Source: Akkermansia sp. (GTDB lineage Bacteria; Verrucomicrobiota; Verrucomicrobiia; Limisphaerales; SIBH01). From it: 35,207 nucleotides of DNA. The notes beneath the pieces are model-generated. The model had not been told where the DNA came from. It saw only the letters and a list, made by a program, of their open reading frames with translations, and did no database searches. The stretch lies in contig JAYVWQ010000309.1 of the NCBI GenBank assembly GCA_043785945.1, positions 1-35,207 on the forward strand, read 5' to 3'. How positions within the stretch are numbered: the first letter of the stretch is position 1; each line of letters opens with the position of its first letter. Positions 15,629 to 24,206 of this stretch are shown here, piece by piece. Position numbers and translations under genes: made by a program.

Positions 15629-16351
15629 ATGAAATACGCCGTCATTGCAGACATCCATGGCAACCTCGACGCCCTCGACGTGGTCCTGGCCGACGCGCGC
15701 GAACAGAAGTGCACCCACTACTGTTGCGTGGGCGACGTCGTGGGCTACGGCGCGAATCCCAAGGAGTGCCTCGACATCGTGCGCAAGATGAACATGCCGT
15801 GCGTGAAGGGAAACCACGACGAATACTGCTCGAGCGAAGAGGACTTGGAGGGTTTCAATCCGCACGCCGCCGAGGCCGTGATCTGGACGCGCAAGCAACT
15901 GACCGAAGACGACCGCCGCTGGCTGCGCGATCTGAAATACATCCGCCTGGTCGGAAGCTTCTCGATGGTTCACTCCACGCTCGATCAGCCTGAGCGCTGG
16001 GGCTACGTCTTCGACAAGCTCATGGCCGCCGCCAGCTTCACCTACCAAAACACGAGCGTCTGTTTCTTCGGCCACACTCATGTGCCCGTGGCCTTCATCC
16101 GCGACTCGGTCGTGCGGGGTGGCACCTACTCGAAGTTCAAGGTTGAACCAGGCCGCAAGTATTTCGTGAACGTCGGCAGCGTGGGCCAGCCGCGTGACAA
16201 CAATCCCAAGGCGGCCTACGTGATTTACGATTTGATCGAAGGCTCGATTGAACTGCGCCGTCTCGATTACGACATTGCCGCCGCCCAGCAGAAGATTCTC
16301 GCCGCCGGCCTGCCGCCGCGCCTGGCCGAGCGCCTCTCGTTCGGCAAATGA
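15629..16351 (+). CDS. Metallophosphoesterase family protein (calcineurin-like phosphodiesterase)
   Basis: The motifs DIHGN, GDVVGYG, GNHD and GHTH occur in the canonical order. The gene starts 9 nt after acyP. Confidence 0.85.
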   Translation: MKYAVIADIHGNLDALDVVLADAREQKCTHYCCVGDVVGYGANPKECLDIVRKMNMPCVKGNHDEYCSSEEDLEGFNPHAAEAVIWTRKQLTEDDRRWLRDLKYIRLVGSFSMVHSTLDQPERWGYVFDKLMAAASFTYQNTSVCFFGHTHVPVAFIRDSVVRGGTYSKFKVEPGRKYFVNVGSVGQPRDNNPKAAYVIYDLIEGSIELRRLDYDIAAAQQKILAAGLPPRLAERLSFGK

Positions 16352-16397
16352 TTCGTCGGTGATGTTCCGGTGATGCGGGCCAAGGCTCGCCGCAGTT

Positions 16398-17429
16398 TTG
16401 AAGATTCTCATCCTCAAACCCAGTTCGCTCGGCGATGTCGTGCAGGCCTTGCCCGTCCTGCGCTTGCTTAAGCAGCACTTCCGCCACAGTGAAATACACT
16501 GGTGGATCGAAGTACGTTCCGCCCAATTGCTGGAAGGCGATCCTGACCTCTCGGGCATTTTCCGTTTCGATCGCCAGCGCTGGGCCAAGCCGTGGCACTG
16601 GAGCGAACTGGCGGCGTCCATCCGAGACATCCGTCGTCACCGCTTCGATCTCGTCATCGATCTTCAGGCCTTGATTCGCAGCGGTGCCGTGGCGTGGCTG
16701 GCCAACGGCGCACTCACCGCCGGTCTGCACGACTGGCGCGAATTCACCCCGGGTTTCTACGACGTGAGCGTGCCTCGCCCGTCCTTGGAGACGCACGCCG
16801 TGGACTGGTATCTCGAAGTGCTGCGGGCGTTGGGCGTGCCGGTGCATTTTAATTTCGAGTGGATGCCGGAACGCCCCGCCGTGGCGGCGGAGGTCGAGGA
16901 ATTGTGGTCGCTGCAAGGGCACCCGTGGGTCGCCCTGCTGCCCGGCGCGCGTTGGGACAACAAGCGCTGGCCGCTCGAACACTTTCAGAATCTCGTCCGC
17001 ACCTTGCGCCGGCAAAATGAGGCGCTGCGCTTTGTCATTCTCGGCGGAGGTGCGGATCGTTTGCTGGGCGCGGCCCTTTCCTCCGTGGCCCCGGTAGCGT
17101 GCCTTGACCTGACGGGACGCACGACGCTGCTGCAAATGATCGAGGTCTTGCGCGTCTGCCAGAGCGTGGTCACGAACGATACCGGCCCGATGCACGTCGC
17201 GGCGGCGCTGCGCCTGCCTGTCATCGGAGTCTTCGGCCCCACCAATCCATTGCGCACGGGGCCTTACGGTCAGATGCAGCGCGCGCTGCAACGACACGAT
17301 CTCCCCTGCGTGCCGTGCATGAAGTCAGCGTGTGCTTATCACGAACCGCTGGCGTGTCTGCGCGGCCTCACTCCGGCGTGGGTGGCAGAAGCGGTGCTGC
17401 TGCGGAGCGCCGTGCATGGCTCGGACTAA
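16398..17429 (+). CDS. Glycosyltransferase family 9 (ADP-heptose:LPS heptosyltransferase-like)
   Basis: The product has MKILILKPSSLGDVV..LP, RWDNKRWP and TNDTGPMHVAAAL...GVFGPT. Confidence 0.85.
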   Translation: MKILILKPSSLGDVVQALPVLRLLKQHFRHSEIHWWIEVRSAQLLEGDPDLSGIFRFDRQRWAKPWHWSELAASIRDIRRHRFDLVIDLQALIRSGAVAWLANGALTAGLHDWREFTPGFYDVSVPRPSLETHAVDWYLEVLRALGVPVHFNFEWMPERPAVAAEVEELWSLQGHPWVALLPGARWDNKRWPLEHFQNLVRTLRRQNEALRFVILGGGADRLLGAALSSVAPVACLDLTGRTTLLQMIEVLRVCQSVVTNDTGPMHVAAALRLPVIGVFGPTNPLRTGPYGQMQRALQRHDLPCVPCMKSACAYHEPLACLRGLTPAWVAEAVLLRSAVHGSD

Positions 17430-17509
17430 AGCTCGGATCGGAGCGCGGGCGTCTCGCCCGCGTGTTTCAAAGACTATTGCAGCGCGCTCCTAGATGTTCG
17501 GATCGGCTC

Positions 17510-18829
17510 TTACTCCGCCGCCAGCTTCCAGACTTTTCCGTTGGTGCCCCGGAGGGCGCTGCTGGTGTTGGTCAGCACGTAGATCTCGCCCTCCGCATCC
17601 TCACCGAAGGCGAGGATAAACTGGCCGATGGCACCGCCGGGTTTTCCTTCGACCTCCAACGCGTCCATCGTCCACTTGCCATCCGCGCCCCGGGTGGCCA
17701 CGTAGATCACGCCGTCGGCTTTCACGAAATTGCGCGACCAGTCGCCGAAGATGTATTTGCCCGTGAGTTGCGGCAACGCCTTCCCGCGATACACATAGCC
17801 GCCGGTGATGCTGATGCCTTTGGCGTCCGGGTCCTTGGCGAATTTGCGAAAGTTCTTGTAGGCAAAAATCGGATCAATGAGCGGTTCGCCATTCGCGCCG
17901 ACTTTGGGACATTCCTCGGGCGGCTTGCGCGCGTCCTTGGGATTGAAGCAGACGAAGCCCTCGCGAATGTTCCATCCGTAATTGCCGCCCTTGACGATGG
18001 TGTTGACCTCTTCCCACGAATCCTGACCCACATCGGAGACGAACAGTTGCCGGGTGCCACCGCGATCAAACGAGAGTCCCCACGGATTGCGCAGACCGTA
18101 GGCGAAAATTTCCGGCAACCCGCCGCCCTTCACAAACGGATTGTCGGTCGGCACGGCGAATTCTTTGCCCGCATCTTTTTTGTCCACGTTGAGGCGCAAG
18201 ACTTTGCCCAGGAGCGTGGTGCGGCTCTGGCCGTTGCCTTCGGGCGCCTTGCCCTGAACTTGCACCCCATTCTTGGCCGGAGCATCCACGTCGTTGCCGT
18301 TGCCGCCATCGCCGACTGCGAGGTAGAGAAAACCATCCGGCCCGAACGCCATGCGTCCGCTGTGATGGTTGAAGTAAGGCATGTCGATTTCGAGCAGCAC
18401 GCGCTCGCCGCCGGCGGTGCCGTCCGCTGCGAGCGTGAATTCGGAGAGCCGCGCCGTGTGGTTGAAATTGGTCGGCGCGGTCGCGCGCAACGGGGCGCTG
18501 TAGTAGGCGTAGAATTTCCGGTTGGCGCTGAACTTGGGATGCGCCGTCAGCCCGCACAGGCCGCGTTCATCGAAGGCGTTGGTGTTGTAGCTCACGAGGC
18601 GAGTCGCGAGATCGAGCACCGGCTTGTCTGCGAGTTTTCCATCCTTGTTCAACAGGCGCACCTGGCCGAGTTGGTCGGCGATGAGATTGCGTCCGCCGTC
18701 GATGGGAGCCAGCGCTGTCGGCGAGACGAAGTTTTCCGCCACGAGCTGGAGCGTCGGTTTCGCGGCGGCGAAAGCCAGGGCGGGAATCATCGCCACGACG
18801 GCGAGGGAGCAAAGAGTTTTGGTGTTCAC
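17510..18829 (-). CDS. PQQ-dependent sugar (glucose/sorbosone) dehydrogenase family protein, secreted
   Basis: A signal peptide is present. The motifs HHSGRMAFGPDGFLY..VGDGG and YGLRNPWG..FD point to a six-blade GSDH-type propeller. Confidence 0.85.
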   Translation of the reverse strand: MNTKTLCSLAVVAMIPALAFAAAKPTLQLVAENFVSPTALAPIDGGRNLIADQLGQVRLLNKDGKLADKPVLDLATRLVSYNTNAFDERGLCGLTAHPKFSANRKFYAYYSAPLRATAPTNFNHTARLSEFTLAADGTAGGERVLLEIDMPYFNHHSGRMAFGPDGFLYLAVGDGGNGNDVDAPAKNGVQVQGKAPEGNGQSRTTLLGKVLRLNVDKKDAGKEFAVPTDNPFVKGGGLPEIFAYGLRNPWGLSFDRGGTRQLFVSDVGQDSWEEVNTIVKGGNYGWNIREGFVCFNPKDARKPPEECPKVGANGEPLIDPIFAYKNFRKFAKDPDAKGISITGGYVYRGKALPQLTGKYIFGDWSRNFVKADGVIYVATRGADGKWTMDALEVEGKPGGAIGQFILAFGEDAEGEIYVLTNTSSALRGTNGKVWKLAAE

Positions 18830-18915
18830 GGCGCGGAGTGTAGCGACTCCGGCGCGGAGGGCAAGCCGGGCAAAAAACTGGACGCCCCGTTTCTCATCCG
18901 CGAGTTTCCCTGCCG

Positions 18916-19485
18916 ATGAACCAAAAGCAGAAGGACGAGATGGCGAAGCTCGTGCGCCGCCAGATGGAACTAATCGGCGAGGACCCGCAGCGCGAGGGCT
19001 TGCTGCGCACGCCGGTGCGGGTCGCCGAGTCGATGGATTTCCTGACCAGCGGCTACGCTTCCGATCCCATGACCGTCTTGAACGACGCGCTCTTCGACGC
19101 CGTGTCCGATGAGATGGTCATCGTGAAGGACATTGATTTCTACAGCATGTGCGAGCACCACATGCTGCCCTTTTTCGGCAAGTGCCACATCGCCTATTTG
19201 CCGCGTAAAAAAGTCATTGGTCTCTCCAAGCTGCCGCGCCTCGTGGATGTGTTCGCGCGGCGGTTGCAAATCCAGGAGCGCATGACCTTCGAGATCGCGA
19301 AGACGGTGCAGAAGCTCATCCACGCGCAGGGCGTGGGCGTGGTCATCGAGGCCCAGCATCTCTGCATGATGATGCGCGGGGTGGAGAAGCAGAATTCTTA
19401 CGCCGTGACTTCTTCAATGCTGGGCGGCTTCCGCACGGATCAGCGCACCCGCGCCGAATTCCTCGATCTGATCCGGCACAAGTGA
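18916..19485 (+). CDS. folE: GTP cyclohydrolase I
   Basis: The 189-aa product has [28 protein letters not shown] and QERMT. Confidence 0.95.
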   Translation: MNQKQKDEMAKLVRRQMELIGEDPQREGLLRTPVRVAESMDFLTSGYASDPMTVLNDALFDAVSDEMVIVKDIDFYSMCEHHMLPFFGKCHIAYLPRKKVIGLSKLPRLVDVFARRLQIQERMTFEIAKTVQKLIHAQGVGVVIEAQHLCMMMRGVEKQNSYAVTSSMLGGFRTDQRTRAEFLDLIRHK

Positions 19486-19520
19486 AGTGGGCTTTGAAGG
19501 TTCGTGGAGGAAGAGGATTT

Positions 19521-19600
19521 CTGCGAAGGAGGCGAAGGAGCGAAGGGGAAAACTTCTGGGTCTTTTTTGCTTCCTTCACCCCCTTCGCCTCCTTCGCGAG
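19521..19600. terminator. Long imperfect hairpin between convergent folE and the fabZ-like gene (probable bidirectional terminator, built from GCGAAGG short repeats)
   Basis: GCGAAGGAGGCGAAGG (19523-19538) is perfectly complementary to CCTTCGCCTCCTTCGC (19582-19597). The central region contains TCTTTTTTGC. Confidence 0.4.
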
Positions 19601-19612
19601 AAATCTTCTTGT

Positions 19613-20047
19613 TCACGCCGCGTCGCCGCTCAAGGTGATTTCCGTTTGCAGAATGACGCGACCCTCCACCTGGGCGGTGGCTTGGGCCTGAATCAGATTT
19701 CCCATCCGACCGAGGATGCGCGCCTCCAGTTGAATCGTCTGACCAGGCCGGGCTGACCCCAGGATTTTCGCGCCGCGAATGGCTGTGAGCCGCAAATTCT
19801 GGAGCGGCGCAATCGCGGGATCGGATTGCGCGACGGTGCCGGCCAGTTGCGCCGCCGCCTCCACGAGCAGCACGCCGGGCATGAGTGGTGAACCGGGGAA
19901 GTGGCCGCGTAGAAAAACCTCATCGCCCCGCAAAGTGTATTCACCTGTGCCGCTCTTGCCGGCGTCTAGCGCGCTCAGTTGATCGACGAAACGGAATTCT
20001 GGCCCGTGCGGAAGCGAGGCGAGAGCGTGGGTCAAAGGGTTTTTCAT
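19613..20047 (-). CDS. FabZ/FabA-like 3-hydroxyacyl-ACP dehydratase (hotdog fold), stand-alone
   Basis: The start is taken at ATG 20047 (MKNPL...). The product has LPHGPEFRFVD and HFPGSPLMPGVLLVEAAAQ, with the catalytic His/Glu context. Confidence 0.8.
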   Translation of the reverse strand: MKNPLTHALASLPHGPEFRFVDQLSALDAGKSGTGEYTLRGDEVFLRGHFPGSPLMPGVLLVEAAAQLAGTVAQSDPAIAPLQNLRLTAIRGAKILGSARPGQTIQLEARILGRMGNLIQAQATAQVEGRVILQTEITLSGDAA

Positions 20048-20169
20048 GCGCAGAGTTTTTAACCACACTGAAAGCAGATGAACACGGGAAAGCTTGAAGT
20101 CAGTCCCATGCTCCACCCGTCCGCATCGTTTCGTGACGGAGTGCCGGATTTTTGTATAGGCTCGGCGCA

Positions 20170-21741
20170 ATGAAATCACTTTCCTGTCTCGCTGGTTGCG
20201 CCGCGTTGCTGCTCTCGTTTGATGTGGCGTCGCCTGCCGCCGACCAGCCGCAGTGGGGGCAGGCGTGGACGCGCAACATGGTTTCCAGCGAGCGCGGCCT
20301 GCCGGCTGAGTTTGATCCCAAGACGGGGAAGAACATCAAGTGGGTGGCGAACATCGGCACCGAGACGCACTCCACGCCCATCGTAGCGAACGGGCGGGTC
20401 TATATCGGCACGAACAACGGCGAACCGCGCGACCCGAAGCATCAGGGCGACCGGGGCGTGCTCATGTGTTTCGACGAGCAGACGGGGGCGTTGCTCTGGC
20501 AGTTCGTGGTGCCCAAGCGCGAGCAGGACAAGTATCACGACTGGCCCAATACCGGCATGTCGTCGCCCGTCACGGTCGAGGGCGACCGCGTGTATCTGGT
20601 GGATAATCGCGGCGCGGTCGTGTGCCTGGATGCGCGCGGCCTGGCGAACGGCAATGATGGGCCGTTCAAGGACGAGGGCGCGCGCATGGTGCAGAAACCG
20701 CTGGCTGAAGCCGGGACCAACCAATCTACAATCCTCAATCCACAATCCTCAATACCCCTCGGTCCCCTCGACGCGGACATCCTTTGGCTCTTTGATCTGA
20801 CGGCGGGCGCGGGCATCTGGTCGCACGATGGCGCGCATAGTTCCATTCTCATTCACGGCGATTACCTCTACCTGAACAGCGGCACTGGCGTGGACAACAC
20901 GCACCGCAAAATCCGCACGCCCGACGCGCCCAGCCTGGTCGTAATCGACAAGCGCACCGGTCGTTACGTCGCGCGTGATGATGAGCACATCGCGCCCAAC
21001 ATTTTCCACTGCACCTGGTCGTCGCCGTCGTTGGCGATGGTGAACGGGAAGTCGCTCATTTTCTTCTGCGCGGGGAATGGGATTGTGTACGGGTTCGAGC
21101 CGCTGGATTCGTCCGCCCGAGCGAGCACCACGAGTCAAACTGCCCCGGCCAAGCTGAAGAAAGTTTTCCAGTTCGACCCCGATCCGACCGCGCCTAAAAC
21201 GGAAGTCCATCGCTTCACCACCAATCGCCGCGAAGGGCCGAGCAACATTTACGGGATGCCTGTGTTCCTTGACGAACGGCTCTACGTCGCGGGCGGCGGT
21301 GATATTTTCTGGGGCAAGAACGAGGCCTGGCTGAAGTGCCTGGATGTGACCAAGGCTGGCAACGGCCAGCCCCCGGTCGAAGTCTGGAGCTACGCGCTCG
21401 ACAAGCATGTGCTGTCCACGCCCGCGATTTCCGGCGGCCTCGTGTTTATCGCCGACACGGGGCGCAAGATGCACTGCGTGGACGCCTCGACCGGTCAGTC
21501 GGTGTGGACGCACGAGATCAAGGGTGACGCCTGGGCCTCGCCCTACGTGGCGGACGGCAAGGTGTATCTGGGCACCCGCAGCGGCGGCGGGAACTTCTAC
21601 GTGTGGGCGGCGCAGCGGGAGAAAAAACTGTTAAGCGAGATCGAATTGAAAGCGCCCATCAGCGCCACGGCCACGGCGGCCAACGGCGTCCTCTACGTGG
21701 CGACCATGCGCCAGCTTTTCGCCGTGCAGCCGGCGAAATAA
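20170..21741 (+). CDS. PQQ-like (BamB-type) beta-propeller repeat protein, secreted
   Basis: The signal peptide is MKSLSCLAGCAALLLSFDVASPAA. Propeller blades repeat (G.VY.GT..G, V.C.DA.TG...W and G.VY...). The start is taken at ATG 20170. Confidence 0.8.
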   Translation: MKSLSCLAGCAALLLSFDVASPAADQPQWGQAWTRNMVSSERGLPAEFDPKTGKNIKWVANIGTETHSTPIVANGRVYIGTNNGEPRDPKHQGDRGVLMCFDEQTGALLWQFVVPKREQDKYHDWPNTGMSSPVTVEGDRVYLVDNRGAVVCLDARGLANGNDGPFKDEGARMVQKPLAEAGTNQSTILNPQSSIPLGPLDADILWLFDLTAGAGIWSHDGAHSSILIHGDYLYLNSGTGVDNTHRKIRTPDAPSLVVIDKRTGRYVARDDEHIAPNIFHCTWSSPSLAMVNGKSLIFFCAGNGIVYGFEPLDSSARASTTSQTAPAKLKKVFQFDPDPTAPKTEVHRFTTNRREGPSNIYGMPVFLDERLYVAGGGDIFWGKNEAWLKCLDVTKAGNGQPPVEVWSYALDKHVLSTPAISGGLVFIADTGRKMHCVDASTGQSVWTHEIKGDAWASPYVADGKVYLGTRSGGGNFYVWAAQREKKLLSEIELKAPISATATAANGVLYVATMRQLFAVQPAK

Positions 21742-21819
21742 TCAGGAGGGCAGGGCGGACGCACGGCCCGTGAATCGGCTTGGCACCTCGCGCCCCGTTT
21801 GTTTAGGTCTGCCCACGTC

Positions 21820-24009
21820 ATGAATTTACGCGCCTCCATTTTTCTGCTCGCCCTCGGTTGCTCGCTTGTGATGCGCGGCGCGGAGACGAATGCCGCGCTG
21901 ACCATCGAGGCAACCGGCGGCGGCTTGGTGGAATTCCAGCTCAAGACCGGCGTGGCCACCTACAAGAATGGCGTCGTGATTAAATACGGTCCCACCGTGC
22001 TGACCGCCGACACCGTGCAGATTGATCGGCAGAGCGGCGAAACTTACGCGCAGGGGAATGTGATCCTGCAACGCGAGGGCGGCCAGCTCTGGCGGGGCGA
22101 ACGGCTCAGTTACAATTTCAAAACCCGGGTCATCAGTGGTCAGAATTTCCGCGCCGGGCAGCGTCCTTATTTCATCGGCGGCGAGAGTTTGCTGACCAAT
22201 CCGACCAACGGCAGTGACATGGCCACCAATGCGTTCTTCACCACGGACGACCACCCGGAGCCGAATTACCGCATCCAGGCCAGACAAATCATCATCATCC
22301 CCGGCCAGTCCATCGAGGCGCGCGACGCGGTGGCCTATCTCGGCCCGGTGCCGGTGATGTACTTTCCCTACTTCCGCCGGGATCTCACCCGGCATCCGAA
22401 CAACTTTGAATTCCTCCCCGGCTACCGCAGCCTTTGGGGACCGTTCCTGCTTTCGAGCTACAACTGGTATTGGAACGAGCGCCTTGATGGTGTGGTCCAT
22501 CTCGATCTGCGGGGCAAACGGGGCGTGGCGGGCGGCCCGGATTTCCACTGGAATGATCCGACCTTCGGCGAGGGACTTTTCCGCTATTACTACGCGCATG
22601 ACGAAGATCCCAAGCAGCGGCCGGGTTACGAAAAGCCCGGCGCCAACCGGCAGCGCATTTATTTTGGCGAGCAACTGAACATCCGGACCAATCTTACTGT
22701 TCGCGGGGTCGTCTCGTATCAGAACGACCCCTCCGTCGTTCGTGATTTCTTCGAGTCCGAATATCAGGATGATGTGCAGCCCAAGTCCTTCGTCGAAGCC
22801 AACCAAGACTGGTCGAACTGGAATCTCAATGCCCTGACGCTCTTCCGCGTCAACGACTTCCAAGAAACCGTCGAGCGTCTGCCGGACGTGAAACTGACCG
22901 GCCTGCGCCAGCAGATCGGCCCCTCGCCGCTCTACTATGAGAGTGAAAGTTCCGTCGGTTATTTCCGTCACCTCTTCCCGAACGAGACGAATTTTTTCTC
23001 TCCCGGTCTCACCAATGCCTTCGGGGCCACGCGGGCTGACACCTACCACCAGATCACGCTGCCGTGGACCTTTTTTGGCTGGCTCAATGTCATCCCCCGG
23101 GTCGGCCAGCGCGTGACCTATTACAGCGAGGCGGACGGACGCGGCACGACCACGGAGGAGGAAACCCGGGGCGTTTTCAACACGGGCGCAGAAGTGACGT
23201 GGAAGGCTTCGCGCCTTTATCGGCAGGCCGAGAGCGAGCTGCTCGACACCCACGGCGTGCGCCACATCATTGAGCCGTCCTTCAACTACGTCTTCGTGCC
23301 CTCGCTCAACACTCACCCGCGTCAACTGCCCCAGTTCGACAGCCAACTGCCCAGCTCGCGCCTGCTGCCCATTGATTTTCCGGATTACAATTCCATCGAC
23401 TCCATCGACAACCAGCAGGTGGTGCGGCTGGGCTTGCGCAATAAATTCCAGACCAAACGCGACGGTCAGATCGACAACCTCCTCAAGTGGGACGTGTACA
23501 CCGACTGGCGCATCACCCCGTACCACGGGCAGGAAACTTTCAGCGACATTTACTCCGACTTGGATTTCAAACCGCGCAGTTGGATCACCTTTAATTCCGA
23601 GCTGCGTTTGAGCGTGGAGCAGGCGGCGCTGGTCGAGGCCAACCACACGCTGACTTTGCAGCCGGCGCAGAACTGGGCCGTCGCACTCAGCCACCGCTAC
23701 CTGGATGACACGCCCGAGCTGGGCGTGGGCAACAACCTCATCAGCGGCACTGTTTTTTATCAGTTGAACGAGAACTGGGGCGCGCGCATCACGGAGCAGT
23801 TCAACGCCCGGGATGGCCTGCTTCAATACCAGTTTTACACCCTCTATCGGGACTTCCGCAGTTGGACGGGCGCGCTCACCCTGCGCATCCGCGAGGACAC
23901 GGGCCAGCCGAACGACTACACCGTCGCCTTCACCTTCTCGCTCAAGGCCTTCCCGCGCTACGGCGTGGGCAAAGACGCGGTGCGCCCGACGCGTTTGATC
24001 GGGGGTTAA
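21820..24009 (+). CDS. lptD: LPS-assembly outer-membrane protein LptD (OstA family)
   Basis: A signal peptide is followed by an OstA-like N-domain (...ADTVQIDRQSGETYAQGNVILQREG..L.GE.L.YNF) and a large beta-barrel-like C-terminal region. The start is taken at ATG 21820. Confidence 0.8.
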   Translation: MNLRASIFLLALGCSLVMRGAETNAALTIEATGGGLVEFQLKTGVATYKNGVVIKYGPTVLTADTVQIDRQSGETYAQGNVILQREGGQLWRGERLSYNFKTRVISGQNFRAGQRPYFIGGESLLTNPTNGSDMATNAFFTTDDHPEPNYRIQARQIIIIPGQSIEARDAVAYLGPVPVMYFPYFRRDLTRHPNNFEFLPGYRSLWGPFLLSSYNWYWNERLDGVVHLDLRGKRGVAGGPDFHWNDPTFGEGLFRYYYAHDEDPKQRPGYEKPGANRQRIYFGEQLNIRTNLTVRGVVSYQNDPSVVRDFFESEYQDDVQPKSFVEANQDWSNWNLNALTLFRVNDFQETVERLPDVKLTGLRQQIGPSPLYYESESSVGYFRHLFPNETNFFSPGLTNAFGATRADTYHQITLPWTFFGWLNVIPRVGQRVTYYSEADGRGTTTEEETRGVFNTGAEVTWKASRLYRQAESELLDTHGVRHIIEPSFNYVFVPSLNTHPRQLPQFDSQLPSSRLLPIDFPDYNSIDSIDNQQVVRLGLRNKFQTKRDGQIDNLLKWDVYTDWRITPYHGQETFSDIYSDLDFKPRSWITFNSELRLSVEQAALVEANHTLTLQPAQNWAVALSHRYLDDTPELGVGNNLISGTVFYQLNENWGARITEQFNARDGLLQYQFYTLYRDFRSWTGALTLRIREDTGQPNDYTVAFTFSLKAFPRYGVGKDAVRPTRLIGG

Positions 24010-24206
24010 GTCCGAGCGGCGTCGGCGGGCGGATAACCCTTCGATGGTGGGGGCGCGGCACTCCGCGCGCGCCGCCGGATCGGAAAGGGGCGGACGAAAA
24101 AGAGAAATTGAATTGGCACCAACCGGGCATCCTCGCAGTCTTTTCCATCTCCCCCGGCGCGCGCGGAGCGACGCGCCCCACCTTTTCCCACCTCGCACCC
24201 TGCGGC

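Noticed and set aside
18830-18915. A possible riboswitch or leader upstream of folE, and likewise in the spacers before argC, GT4 and DUF1501.
   Set aside because: I could not recognise any known riboswitch consensus (THF, preQ1, ZTP etc.) or a convincing conserved-looking fold by eye. A covariance-model scan (Rfam/Infernal) would be needed.
15338-18919. ORFs of 430 aa, 386 aa and 534 aa, all lying antisense to recognised genes. The 430-aa and 386-aa ORFs are on the minus strand, opposite acyP, the metallophosphoesterase and GT9. The 534-aa ORF is on the plus strand, opposite the sugar dehydrogenase gene.
   Set aside because: No recognisable motifs were found, and the amino-acid composition is biased. 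Each overlaps a gene with clear family signatures on the other strand.
21826-24198. A 790-aa ORF antisense to lptD.
   Set aside because: It is the same kind of GC artefact, with an R/G/A/E-rich junk sequence. The plus-strand product has OstA/LptD features and a signal peptide.
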